This document shows positions 40,903-54,210 of a stretch of 64,000 nt of DNA, piece by piece. The first letter of the stretch is position 1. Every line of letters begins with the position of its first letter. Both the position numbers and the translations under genes were made by a program. The notes beneath the pieces are model-generated. The model was not told the DNA's origin. It saw only the letters and a list, made by a program, of their open reading frames with translations, and did not search any database. Source of the stretch: Macrostomum lignano. Lineage: Eukaryota. The stretch is from positions 1 through 64,000 of the forward strand of contig NIVC01000765.1 of the NCBI GenBank assembly GCA_002269645.1, given 5' to 3'.

Positions 40903-41164
40903 ACCTGTTGCATACGAGCCAGTTTATGCCATTTTACATCTTTATCGAAGTAAAGACTTTCTGTTCTTTTCCTTGTCGCAGCAGCTTTTGAATATTATAT
41001 AAGGATATTAATAAATAAGTGTTTTGTGTTCTTCTCATCTTATCGGATGCTGCGTAAGCATCTGCGACCATTTAACTGCTTTATCGATGCATGTACTTTC
41101 GGAAAGGAAGAAATAAAAAAACGAGAATAACATGCGAAAACGTGGGAATTTTGAAAATGAGAAA

Positions 41165-41885
41165 TAGGAATCAATATGGGGATGTGGGAGAATTGGGGAA
41201 TCAATCTGAGGATTCGGGATATAAGATAAGGGTTTGGGAGAAATAGGAAACAAGATAAGGGTTTGGGAGAAATGGGAAACAAGATAAGGGTTTGGGAGAA
41301 ATAGGAAACAAGATAAGGATTTGGGAGAAATGGGAATCAACCTGCGGATTTGTGAGAAATGGGAATCTATATGGGGGTTTGGGAGAAATGGGAAACAAGA
41401 TGGGGATTTGGAAGAAATGGGAATCAATCTGAGGATTTGGGAGAAATGGGAATCAACCTGCGGATTTGGGAGAAATGGAAATCAATCTGAAGATTTGGGA
41501 GACATGAGAAACAAGATGGGGATTTGGGAGAAATGGGAATCTATATGGGGATTTGGAAGAAATGGGAATCAACCTGAGGATTTGGGAGAAATGGGAATCA
41601 ATCTGAAGATTTGGGAGATATGAGAAACAAGATGGGGATTTGGGAGAAATGGGAATCTATATGGGGATTTGGGAGAAATGGGAATCTATAAGGGAATTTG
41701 GAAGAAATGGGAATCTATATGGGGATTTGGGAGAAATGGGAATCTATATGGAGATTTGGGAGAAATGGGAATCTATATGGGGATTTGGGAGAAATGGGAA
41801 TCAACCTGAGGATTTGGGAGAAATGGGAAACAAGATGAGGATTTAGGAGAAATCGGAAACAAGATAGGGATTTGGGAGAAATGGA
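41165..41885. repeat. Degenerate purine-rich tandem repeat (ggatttgggagaaatgggaa..)
   Basis: Period ~26-30 bp, many copies. Confidence 0.9.
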
Positions 41886-43041
41886 TTCGGAAGGCAAACA
41901 GGTGACAGAAACAAACAATCTATTAATTCGCTAATACTGGAAGTAGTGTAAAATAAAAAAACGCTGGAGACACGCGTATGCAGCAGTCTGATGTGTCAAA
42001 TATTACAATTTTATTTTTTTAAATTTCACTCGTTGCTCAGCTGGACTCAAAGCGATAATCGTTTGTAGTTTGTACAAAGCGAAGAAGGCAAGCAGGTCTA
42101 CTATTAGTAGGCTACTAAAATATCACAGCTAAAATTTATCATTTATCGTTTATCATATCAAGCTTTTGACAATATAATTGACAGTTGTTACGATGGATGT
42201 GCGGAAAGATCTGACACTTTTAATTCCAGATCAGAAGTGGATAAACCTAACCTCGTATATTTTGGTCACTCCATTCAAAAGTGTCGAAGCTTCGGACATC
42301 CCAGATTAATTAAGATTTAAAGCGTCATGGTGTGGCAGGCAGACAGACGTCTGCAAGCCCGAACAGAAAGTACTCGAGTGAGCAAAACATGCATTTTAAC
42401 AGAATGGATCAACTTGAAGGCAAAGGCAAAATACAGCTCGTATTTTCAAAATGGTTACTGAAACGCGTCAAGAGCGTATAACAAAATTATAGGAATTTCT
42501 AGTGCTGCTTCCGTGGAAACATGAATGCACTGGCGGATCCAAGGGGGTCGGATGTCAGCTGATCTGATCACCGAACTGAAAACAAAAGTCAAAGTCAGTT
42601 GTCTGCAACTCTGAAACGACTCTGGGACCGTAAAGTCGTATCTGATTCATCTGAAGCGTGCTAGAGTCGCTGTAAAATCACCGAGTTGCGTCTAAAGCGC
42701 ATCTGCGTCACTTAATGAATCAGAATCGCATTTCGCGTTTATAATAACTCTGCTTGAGTTAGTAGAAAGTTAAGCACTAACACGACGACTTCTTCGCGAC
42801 TCTTACGATTCTGCAACTCACGTTATGCGCTCTTGACTCAACAGCCGTCTGATCAATCGCAAAAGTCGCCCCAGAGTCGCTAGAGTCACTTTATGACTTT
42901 AGCGATTCTTGTCACGGTAACGCTTTCAATGAGCCAGGACCACAGCTGCACAGACTATAAGTACAATGTACTCTTCAAAAGGCAACCTCAAAAGTTATAT
43001 TTTAATTGCGCGTTTCGAAGATTGACAACTTAATCGGTGAA

Positions 43042-43308
43042 TTACAGTCGCTTTTTTGCCGACTTGCTGGAGTCCGGAAAGCCAGCGGTGCTGCCCCGGT
43101 GGCCGGGCTGGATCACCCCGGAGCTGTAGGCCCTGGCCATCTGGGACAGTCGCTGACCGGGCGACTTCGCCCTGGCTATTGGCGGCAGCCGCTGCTGACT
43201 CGACGAGGAGGCGGCGGCGGTGACGTGGGTCCGGCCGCTGAGCGACACGGAGCGTCGGCTCGACGACTGTTCGTGACGGACGGCGCCGCCGCCGAGCTGC
43301 CGGCCGAA

Positions 43309-43359
<51 letters not shown>

Positions 43360-43716
43360 GCCGCTGCTCTGTCTTGATTTGCCCGAGCGCGACGCGACAG
43401 CCGAGCCGCCTGATGTTTCGCCGCTGTTTCCGCGCCGGTGGCTTCCCCGGCTTTCAGCTGCGCCGCCGTTCGCGGCTTCGACGTGGGCGAGATGCGCCCT
43501 GAGCAGCCGGTTGAGCGCGTAGGCGTCCTTCAACAACTCGTCCGCCTGCTCGTCAGTCAGCTGGCAGGACTCCAGCAGGCGGAGGATTTCTTCAGGAGTT
43601 GGCGCCGCGGAACCAGCCAAAGTGGCTGAGGCCTCCGCCTGACCGCGCCGGCGATGCTGCTGCTCAGTTGGCGACAAGTCTCGACGCTCTCCAGTACATC
43701 CTTCATCGTCCGACAT
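43042..43716 (-). CDS. Uncharacterised 224-aa protein with a short helical segment and poly-Gly tract
   Basis: gccATG start, GC-rich coding bias, helical core EEILRLLESCQLTDEQADELLKDAYALNRLLRAHL, (GGC)n tract at ~43310-43355; family not recognised. Confidence 0.65.
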
Positions 43717-44509
43717 GGCCGTAGAACACGATTTTTGATAAACAGTGCACTGAACGTTTGATTGCGTAGGATAGTTAGGCTGTGGGGAGAAACAAATTAA
43801 AACAATTGACTGACATAAATAATGAGCTGTATGAAAACATATTGAATTATTTACTATTTATTTATTTATTTATTTACTTCCATAAAAAGACCCTTGACTC
43901 TTCTAATTAATTTCAAATTGAAAGTGTCATTGCTGAATCATAGAGTTTAAAGTATGATTTTAATGTCCTTTTACATTTCGTATAATATCAATTAACAATA
44001 CATTAAAAAAGTATTTTTAAAAGTCATCAAAAGTCATGCAACTATAAAATTCGTCGTAAGAATTAAACTTCATGACATGGCAACTAGGTTTACCTTTATT
44101 TAGAGGCTTTTGCCGCTTTTGTAGTTCCACTATTTACAAATCTGTTTAAGGCTCTGATAATAAGTTTGAAAAGAAAACTTAATTCCGGTATTCATTCTCC
44201 ACCAATGGCATTTTGACCAATATCAGTCCCTTTAAAAATACTAAAAGCTGATGATAGTTCTAAGTAGTGCTATAAAAATGCAAAGTACTTAGTAAAGTTA
44301 AATTCTAGACGTACTCAAAGTATATTGAAAAAATAATAACACAATAGACAGCAAACAGCATATATATATATTTGAATATCTACTTATCGTATAATAAAGT
44401 AAATAATTGTCAAACGACACATTTTTATTAGTATTATTTGTTTAAAGTTTTATAGTCTAAAATCCACTTCTTAGAAAATTTTCGTAGAAAAACATGACAC
44501 ATTTTCCAG

Positions 44510-45589
44510 GGCCCGTGCTATAGAATCAGGAGTTAGGAGTTAGGAGCTAGGACTCAAGAGTACTCTTGACAAGGAGTGATTGAATTTTGTGTGCTATAGA
44601 TTTCAGGAGTTAAGAGTTAGGAGCTAGGAGTTCTCGCAAGGAGTGCAGCCTAGGAGTGGGGGTGTGTTCAAGGAGTGTTGCGCCATCGTTTAAGGATGAT
44701 AGAGAATTGTGTGCTATATCACAATCCTAACTTTACGGTCCTTAAGGATTGAATCTCAGGAGTCTAAATGCAAATTGCTAAAAAATATATTTTGTGAGAG
44801 CCGTTGCTGCACGCAAAAAGGTTCTCTTTGGTGCGTTTAGTACAACCATAACTAAGAATGCGAGTTGGCCTGACCTCAGCCCAGGTCCTCAGCTGGTGGG
44901 ACAATCGTCGTCGGAGCAGATGGGCGACCCGCCATGCTGAAAAAAAGGGTAAAAAATGATATAAGACTCTGAAAATAATTAAACGAACGAAACTGAAGGA
45001 TAGCCAAAGATTGCTATGTGGCAAGACGTGATATTGGAATGCCGTGAAAAGTTTGGTACAAAGATGTTCGATTCTGTGTCGAATTCTATCTGTTAGGCTT
45101 GAAAGCTGGATCTCGTTAAGTCTAAAACGCATAGCACTCTCGGCTGGATTTTCTTCAAAAAAGTACTTCTTGGCTTGAATTGTCGACGGCGTCTATCATT
45201 GACTCCTTCCTCATCAGAATCCGATTCGCTGTCCGAAAACGTTATAATCCTAGCTTGTCTAAGAGTGAAAATTGGCCCTTGAACTCTTGCTTAGGAGTCA
45301 AGAGTTAGGAGCAAAATTTTCTCATTCTATAGGACACATGCTCCTAGAATCACTCCTAAAAGCCAACTCCTAGCTCCTAGCTCCTAGACTTCCTCTCCTA
45401 ATTTTATAGCATGCCACGGACCTTAATGAGTTCTCCTAAATTCACCCAGGAGTCTCCTAATTTCCTTAAGGAGCCTCCTAGCTCTTAAAATTTACTCTTG
45501 ATTCTATAGCACAGAAAAGCCAGACTAGGAGCTAGGAGTTAGGACACTCTTAAGGATTTAGGAGTTAAGAGTATTCTATAGCACAGGCC
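44510..45589. mobile_element. PIF/Harbinger-like non-autonomous element with a possible transposase remnant
   Basis: TIR ggcc(c/t)gtgctatagaat; CCAG on both flanks (44506-44509, 45590-45593; could be read as 3-bp CAG); subterminal (taggag) motifs; minus-strand remnant ..ESAMRFRLNEIQLSSLTDRIRHRI resembles the Harbinger transposase N-terminal FRL helix. Confidence 0.6.
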
Positions 45590-47454
45590 CCAGGAGGCGA
45601 GGTTTCCCCACTTTCCCATCCTTCTGCTTGGGTCATCATTAGTTCATACATGATACAGTTCCTGTTTTATAGGCCTAATTCCTTATTTAAATACTTTTCG
45701 TTTCATTAGCCATTAAATTTTGTTCGAAGATTTATAGAAAATTGTTTAGCCGCTGTTTTCAAATACTATAAGTATAAGTATATTTTCTTTTCTTCTCTTG
45801 TTTCTTACGTTAAGCTGGCAATGCAAATGAGGCTTAAAAGGAAAAATAAGTTATGAGACCACACCTAAACCACACCAACTTTTTCGATTTCAGGGTACGA
45901 TTTCAAAATTTAAAGAATAAAGTGCATATGCACAGTCTGAGCACAAAAAATCTAGTCTAGACATTAGCATTACCATTGAAAGCAAGTTAGAATGGTTGTG
46001 ATTAGTTCTAGGACTAGACTAGAGCATAAATGTTGGCTTGTTACAATTAAATATCAATAATTTTAATTTTTGCTTACAAGCTAAAATTAAAGTGCAAAGA
46101 TTTAAAAGTGCAAATACTTGACATCAAAATAAAAGCATAATTTAATTAACATTTTTCTTATAATATATTAATTATCATATCTTCCATTTCTATACCTTAT
46201 AATGATTGTATTGGTTATAGATATAGCTCTAGCAAACCTGTGAGTGTGATAAATAGTGTAAAAAATGGTATATGATAGGCTAAGCTTTGCACTTTATTAT
46301 AAATGCCTAAAACTATCAAGAATTCATAGTTGGGTTATTTTCAAACTTTGGACTACAAAAAAGCAGTATTAAAAAGCTTATTTGTTTAGATACTAAATCA
46401 CAGAATATTATTACACTTTAAATTTAGATTGCTAAAGTACGTTTATAACCACAAATGTTTCTGGGTATCAAAAATCCATGTTTGTTTTTTTCTATTTCTG
46501 GTTATGTTGACAATTAAAAATATTAGACCTAAATAGAAAAAAATAGCATAAAATCAATAGAAAACTACCGAAGACTAAATTAAATGTTGTAAAATGGAAA
46601 TATGTTAAGCAGTTACATGTTTTACATTTAAAAGTTAATTTAAAATGTTTTTCTAGGCCCCTATTAAATTGTTTACAGTACATGCTTTTGTCTTCAAACT
46701 CAGTAGTTTTTTCAATATATAGGTAATATAGCTAGATGCTTGCCTGAGGCCAACCATGTGGTAAGGTAATAACTGAAATGGGTCTAACAACCAGTTTTGA
46801 CATGGCATGGCATGGCATTGTACTTAGGGAATCACATAGTTTTCTATTTTATATAAAAAAAGATGTACAATGAAATGTATTTAATTAAGATATATATGCT
46901 CGTATCCAATCATAAGTAATTATAATGCAATCATTACACTCTAAAAGCCTATTTCAGGAAATACAAAATACAGTACAAAAATCTGAACTTATATACTATA
47001 CCCCTAATACTATAAAATTTTGTAGGAAAATTTTGCACATGGATCTGTAGAAAAGTAGCTGAGAGGATTTTAATATGTATTAAAGGTTAAATAGACCAAA
47101 AAGAAAGAAGAAAGGCAAAGAAACAAAAAACCATGTAAGCATTACAGTTACACATAAGCAAATTTGTTATGAATGGAATATTTCATTTCATAATTGGCAA
47201 TTTTTTTTACTTAGAAGTAACTTATATATTGGATATTGCACTAGCATTCAAAATAAAAAAACACAATTTTTTTCTAAATGTAATATATTTTGTGCTTAAG
47301 TTTAGATGCCACTAGCAATCTTCGCCCCCCGATGGGGGGCATCTAGATAGAATCTCTGGCACTCTACAAGTATCAAAAAGACGGCCAAATAAAGCCTTCA
47401 CATAGACAATAGAAAAACTGCTCAAATGAAGTGCAATGCAAAAAAATATCCCAG

Positions 47455-48500
47455 GACAGCAAGCAACCCCCCAGATAGCAAGCACCCCCAGATAGCAAGC
47501 ATCCACCTAATAGCAAGCACCCTTAGATAGCAAGCATCCCCAGATAGCAAGCACCCTTGGATAGCAAGGCAAGCATCTCCAGATAGCAAGCACCCCCAGA
47601 TAGCAGGCACCCCAGATAGCAAGCATCCACCTAATAGCAAGCACCCCAAGATAGCAAGCATCCACCTAATAGCAAGCACCCTTAGATAGCAAGCACCCCC
47701 AGATAGCAAGCACCCCCAGATAGCAAGCACCCCAAGTAGCAAGCATCTCTAGATAGCAAGCACCCCCAGATAGCAGGCACCCCAGATAGCAAGCATCCAC
47801 CTAATAGCAAGCACCCCAAGATAGCAAGCATCCACCTAATAGCAAGCACCCTTAGATAGCAAGCACCCCCAGATAGCAAGCACCCCCAGATAGCAAGCAT
47901 CTCCAGATAGCAAGCACCCCCAGATAGCAAGCATCCACCTAATAGCAAGCACCCCCAGATAGCAAGCATCCACCTAATAGCAAGCACCCCCAGATAGCAA
48001 GCATCCACCTAATAGCAAGCACCCCCAGATAGCAAGCACCCCCAGATAGCAAGCATCCACCTAATAGCAAGCACCCCCAGATAGCAAGCACCCCCAGATA
48101 GCAAGCATCTCCAGATAGCAAGCACCCCCAGATAGCAGGCACCCCAGATAGCAAGCATCCACCTAATAGCAAGCACCCCCAGATAGCAAGCACCCCCAGA
48201 TAGCAAGAACCCCCAGATAGCAGGCACCCCAGATAGCAAGCATCCACCTAATAGCAAGCACCCCCAGATAGCAAGCACCCCCAGATAGCAAGCACCCCCA
48301 GATAGCAAGCACCCCCAGATAGCACGCATCTCCAGATAGCAAGCACTCCAAGATAGCAGGCACCCCAGATAGCAAGCATCCACCTAATAGCAAGCACCCC
48401 CAGATAGCTAGAACCCCCAAGATAGCAAGCATCCCCCAGATAGCAAGCACCCCCAGATAGCACGCATCTCCAGATAGCAAGCACTCCAAGATAGTAGGCA
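47455..48500. repeat. Helitron-internal satellite 1 (cagatagcaagcaccccc and variants, ~17-19 bp)
   Basis: Direct observation. Confidence 0.95.
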
Positions 48501-48504
48501 CCCC

Positions 48505-50215
48505 ATTTATGTTTGACATGGTAGCTGTTTTGTGTCTGACATGGTGGCTCTTTAATGTTTGAGCTGGTGGCTCTTTTATGTTTGACATGGTGGCACTTTA
48601 ATGTCTGAAATGGAGTCATGTATACGCTTGACATGGTGACTCGTAGATGTTTGACAAAGTGGCTCTTTTATGTTCGACATGTGGCTCTTTAATGTTTGAC
48701 ATGGTGGCTCTTTAATGTTTGACATGGTGGCTCTTTAATGTTTGACATGGTGGGTCTTTAATTTATGACATGGTGGCTCTTTTATGTTTGACATGATGGC
48801 TCTTTAATGTTCGACATGGTGGCTGTTTAATGTTTGTTATGTAGTCATATGTATATGTTTTACATGGTGGCTCTTTTATGTGTGACATGGAGTCACGTAT
48901 ATATTTGACATGGAGTCACATATGTTTGACATGGTGGCTCTTTAGTGTTCGATATGGTGGCTCTTTAATGTTTGACATGGTGGCTCTTTTATGTTTGACA
49001 TAGTGGCTCTTTAATGTCTGACATGGTGGCTCTTTAATGTTTGACATGGTGGCTCTTTTATGTTTGACATGATGGCTCTTTAATGTTCGACATGGTGGGC
49101 TGTTTAATGTTTGTTATGTAGTCATATGTATATGTTTTACATGGTGGCCCTTTTATGTGTGACATGGAGGCACGTATATATTCGACATGGAGTCACATAT
49201 GTTTGACATGGTGGCTCTTTAGTGTTCGATATGGTGGCTCTTTAATGTTTGACATGGTGGCTCTTTAATGTCTGACATGGTGGCTCTTTAATGTTTGACA
49301 TGGTGGCTCTTTTATGTTCGACATGTTGGCTCTTTAGTGTTTGACATGGCTCTTTAATGTTTGACATGGTGGCTCTTTTATGCTTGACATGGTGGCTCTT
49401 TAATGTTCGACATGGTGGCTCTTTAATGTTTGACATGGTGGCTCTTTTATGCTTGACATGGTGGCTCTTTTATGTTCGACATGGTGGCTCTTTTTTGTTC
49501 TACATGGTAACTCTTTTATGTTTGATACGGTGGCTTTTTAATATCTGACATTGTGGCTCTTCTATGTTTGACATTGTGGCTCTTTTATGTTTGACATGGT
49601 GGCTCTTTAATGTTTGACATGGTGGCTCTTTAATGTACGACATAAAGGTTCGTTTATGTTCGACATGGTGGCTCTTTTAGGTTTGACATGGTAGCTCTTT
49701 TATGTTCGACATGGTGGCTCTTTTAGGTTTGACATGGTGGCTCTTTTAGGTTTGACATGGTAGCTCTTTTATGTTCGACATGGTGGCTCTTAAATGTTTC
49801 ACATGATGGCTCTTAAATGTCTTACATGGTGGCTCTTTTATGTTTGACAATGTGGCTCTTTAATGTTTTACATGGCGGCTCTTTTATGTTCGAAATGGTG
49901 GCTCTTTAATGTTCGACATGGTGGCTCTTTAATGTTTGACATGCTAGCTCTTTAATGTTCGACATAGTGGCTCTTTTATGTTTGGCATGGTGGCTCTTTA
50001 ATGTTCTTCATGGTGGCTCTTTTACGTTTGACATGGTGGCACTTTAATGTTCGACGTGGTGGCTCTTTAATGTTCGAAATGGTGACTCTTTAATGTTTCA
50101 CATGGTGGCTCTTTAATGTTTGACATAGAGTCACGTATTTGTTTTACATGGTGCCCATGTAATGTTTGACATGGTGCCTCTTTTATGTTTGACATTGTGC
50201 TTTTTTATGTTTAGC
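48505..50215. repeat. Helitron-internal satellite 2 (tttaatgtttgacatggtggctc, 23-24 bp)
   Basis: Direct observation; abrupt switch from satellite 1 at ~48503. Confidence 0.95.
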
Positions 50216-50255
50216 AGTTTCGTGTTTTCAAGGTGTTTTATAAAAAAATTATTTT

Positions 50256-50322
50256 GCACTACTAAGATTCGAACCCAGGTCGCTACGTTGGCAGTCCAGT
50301 CTGTTCGTATCTAGGCTATCTC
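50256..50322 (-). pseudogene. tRNA-like remnant inside the Helitron (possible Gly-GCC origin)
   Basis: Minus strand gatagcctag..ggactgccaa..ctgGGTTCGAATCttag: A-box-like start, candidate GCC anticodon loop and B-box/T-loop; the acceptor stem does not pair. Confidence 0.45.
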
Positions 50323-51401
50323 TTTTCAATTGGAGTACATGAATTGTGGCCCTTATAATTAAATTCTTACAGCAAGTCAATTGGGGTAAAAAGTTATGAC
50401 ATAATCAATTTCTCAGTCAGCCAGTATCAGTCTCAGTTCAAGTTAGCAATATTGGTTACGCAATTTTAATCAAGTCGTGTGTGCATTTCTTCGGCACTGT
50501 TTTCAACTGGTTGTGATGCAATCTTTATGACAATCAGAATTCAGCCAGTCAGTTTTTTTCTCTAGCATTCTTACAATGAATTTTAGGTCGAAAGAGCTGC
50601 TTGACCTTTGCAAAAAAGCATGTTTTTCGAATATTTAATCCCTTTATCATTGAGCAATTTTTTAGCCAAGATGCATGTACCGTCCCAGGAAAATTTCTGA
50701 TCGAATGGTGCAAGTTTGAAGAAAATCGGTTGAGCCATTTTTTCTGAAATCTATCGCATACCTACCCACATACAGACAACTCATTTTTAGTATATAGGAT
50801 TTATAGATAAATGAGCCAAATAAATAATGAATTCTATAGACAGATTTTAGGTATATTAACTTTACATAATCAGAAAATGATTTAAACTTTGTTATAAATA
50901 TAAAAAAATTTCTCTGGATAATACTTTTTTACTACCTTTGTTCATGCTGATGATATAACTGCAGTCTGGGTGCCAACAAGCCATCTAATTTTTTTTTTGA
51001 TCCATGAGTCCTGAGTGTCCAGGCTGCCAGTTTAGGTGCTAAAGGGAGGGGTCCTAGGTAGAGTGCAGCTCCCCACCTCTTGGCCTCTCTCTTGCACCAT
51101 CACTTCCCTGTCAGTGCTTCCTGCCTATCTATAGCATGCCATTGCACTCTACCTGAACACCCACCTCTCCAAATCCTCATTTTTCCCTGAGTCATGTCTA
51201 TTTTTAGAACAGGTGCATCATGTCAGATTCCTGGAGGCCTATCAGAGAGAGACAGTCATGGAAACAACCTTGAGGAGGGTTCGGAGATGGCGACATCAAC
51301 CAGCAGCATCAGCCTGCCCTATAGCATTTGCCTGTCAGCCAGTTCAACAGCAGCATCAGCCTGCCTGAGTTGCTCCAAATCGCCTCATGTCTATGCCATC
51401 T

Positions 51402-51403
<2 letters not shown>

Positions 51404-51476
<73 letters not shown>
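51404..51476. repeat. (CT)n microsatellite
   Basis: Direct observation. Confidence 0.95.
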
Positions 51477-51481
<5 letters not shown>

Positions 51482-51949
51482 CCGCCTCCAGTGAGTTTGT
51501 GCTCCTGCTTGTACCTGTTCCTTTGCTCACTTTAGGGCACTATTTGCTTTTTATCTGATATTCAGTACTAGCGACCAGACCTGCGTGCGACCAGACCAGG
51601 CCAAAGAAAGGGTGGATACAACAATGATAATATCTGATAGTCCAATGTCCTACACTTCTACTATTCTTGTTTTTTTCAGGATCTTCCATAGACCTAAAGA
51701 AATAGGAACTCAACTATAGCAAGTCTGAGCATACTTCTTCAAGGCTTTCCATCTTCTTACAATGATCAATTTAGAGTGAAATTATTTTGTTTGTAAGATA
51801 GTTAGCACAAAATATACTGCATGTACAGCTGTACATGAGAGTACTGTTCTTATCATAAAGGTCCTACATACGTCTTACATATAGTGGTTTCTTCTGATGG
51901 TGGATCTCAATAAGTTGAATAAATGGAGTTGTATATGTACTTATTTACT

Positions 51950-54210
51950 TTTAGCTATAGTTCCCAATTATCTTGCTGCGGCTGCCGTCCACATCCTCAA
52001 CCAAATCCTCTTCCTTGTCCACGTGCCTGGCCTCATCTATACCCTTGACTACGACCATGGCCTGTTACATTGGCATGATCTACTGTATCTTTGATTGATA
52101 GGAGGACCAATGGAATCCACATCTTTGCATTGTTGCACTTGCAAGCTGTTGTCGCACCTTTGCAAATGCAAGTCAGCTGACAATGGATGATTGGGCCTTC
52201 TTCCTCTTTTGAGACATTGTGCATCTTTATTAGTCCTGGCATCTTGTAAAGGTCATTGCCAATAAAGTTGACAAGATCAATGAACTCTATAAAATTGCTT
52301 GCCTCCACTAACCAGCTAAGTATGCTGTATGCGCAATGGAAGGCTAGCTCTTATAGCAACCAGAACATCCTCTGGAGTAATGATGTCTCTTTGGGTGGCC
52401 ACCACATCATTGCAATGGCTTTTAATGCAGATGCCAACCCCGTCTGCAGATCCCTTACTGTGTCCAGCTTCTGTGTAGAGCCATTGCCAACTCTTGACAT
52501 TGAAGCTCTTCATCAGTTGGTCGAAAAGGAAAAGCATTTTCCAATTCCTATACTGACTTAAAGAAGAGTCAGAGATGATAGTTACACAATGCAACTCCTC
52601 AAAGCAGTCAACCCACTGAAGCATCATGCACCTGCTTAAAATGTTTCAGAACTGGTTTCATATGGGCAGCAATGGCTGGCACAGGTAGAAACCTTACAGG
52701 TGGCCAACTCCTTGATGAATGATAACCTGCTCTTGGTCACCAAAATGTGCTGCCTGCACCTCAGTGTGATATTTCACATTAGAATTCTTAGAAAAGTCTA
52801 TATGCAGTATGAGGTGCATGCTTGGGTGCAACCTTGGGATTCACTCGGCCGTTTCTATTGGCAACACACACATGTAAGTCGCTATTGGACAGAATAGTAG
52901 TCACGTGACTGCTCTCAGCCAATAGCGACTTACATGTGTGTGTTGCCAATAGAAATGGCCGGGTGATTCCCAAGGTTGCGCATGTATAATGAGGTGTCCA
53001 GGCTGCAGCAATTCCTTCAAAATGTGGATGGCCTTAAATTGATGACACAGGCACATATAGTAATCATTCAATTGCCATTGGAGCATACTGACAGCCATCT
53101 CGCATGACGCTGTCTCTCTGAGATGATCGACACCACTTCTACCATTAGACTGTGGCCGCCAAACATGATAAGAAACATGTGGCTTCTCATGGACTATATC
53201 TGTCAATGGTGACAGCTCTCAACAGGAGTCACACTGACATGTAAGGCAGGCAGACAAATTTTTGGAGCAGACAATCTCTTGCAGCAGGTCTTTCACTTGA
53301 TGGCTATGTACTAAACCTGCAGTGTGTATGCCAGCAATTAGCCCTTCCATGTTGTTGCATGTCATGCACATGCAGAGATTGTGGTTGCTCAGTCGAGGTC
53401 TCTTGACAAACCAAGGCTTCCATTGGTTAAATGTAGCTCAACTTGGCATCTTAATATCCAGGTTCTCTTTGCAGAACTTATCATATATCACATTCATGGG
53501 CCATATCAGGTAATGCTTCTGTACCTGCAGCAGAATTACAGTCTTAGCGTCAGTGCGAACCCTTTTTTTAATAAAATCCTTTGTTGATGAGGTTGAATGG
53601 GAGTTCTCATCCAGGCAGAAAAACTTCTGGACAGCATCTTTGACATTATTTGCCGGCATTGCTTTTGGCTGCCTCAATACTCTTGGCAAAGATGCGACTA
53701 GTTTCATAACTGCCCTCTGATCAAAGGGGTTAGCAGCTTGTACAATTGACTTGATTATCTCTCGAGTGATTTTGAAGCACCGGAGCACAGCAAATTTTCG
53801 AGTGAGATAGCTAGCAGCACTCGATTCAACATGACGTTCAACCTTCTGTTTTTCCATTTCCTTTTTTACTCAACTTAGTTGCTTGCACAAAGTGTCATTA
53901 CGAGCTACATCTGTTTGTGGCTTCATTTCTTTTATTGCTCAACTGTAACTGATTTGTGAGAGCTATGTTCTTTTGCTTCAACTTGTTGTTTTCGCATTTG
54001 TAAGCAGCTGCTGACCTCACAACTGAAACAGCTGGTCCCACTTGACCTTCAATTTTCTCTGCTGCCTTCCTTTTTTGATACCATTCATTATGTTGTTGGC
54101 GCTGCTGCTCAAGATACTTCTCGTGGTCACCAAATTTTTTAAAAATGTGTCTCTCTTTTTTCTCTTGTTGCTTTTGTCATTTGCTTGGAGCAAAGAGAGC
54201 CTAAAAGTGA
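51950..54210 (-). pseudogene. Decayed DNA-transposon transposase, probably Sola2-like
   Basis: Fragments in order: KFFCLDENS, KPWFV..CMCMTC, C..C.CDSC, HLILHIDFSKN..EVQAAHFG..QVIIHQGV, IISDSSLSQYRN, WLYTEAGHSKGSADGVG, C-terminal CxC..CxC; several stops and shifts. The motif series is certain; the superfamily name is from memory. Confidence 0.72.
52817..52988. mobile_element. 172-bp hairpin MITE, copy 1, inserted in the transposase
   Basis: 8-bp TSD ATGAGGTG (52809-52816, 52989-52996); removing it restores the frame ..QPGHLILHIDF..; ~60-bp near-perfect arms. Confidence 0.88.

Larger units (their letters stand above)
47312..50799 (-). mobile_element. Non-autonomous Helitron (3.5 kb)
   Basis: Minus strand starts A|TCCTATATACTAAAAATGAG (50799) and ends with the hairpin GCCCCCCATCGGGGGGC (47324-47340) then CTAG|T (47312); insertion between A and T. 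Confidence 0.82.
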
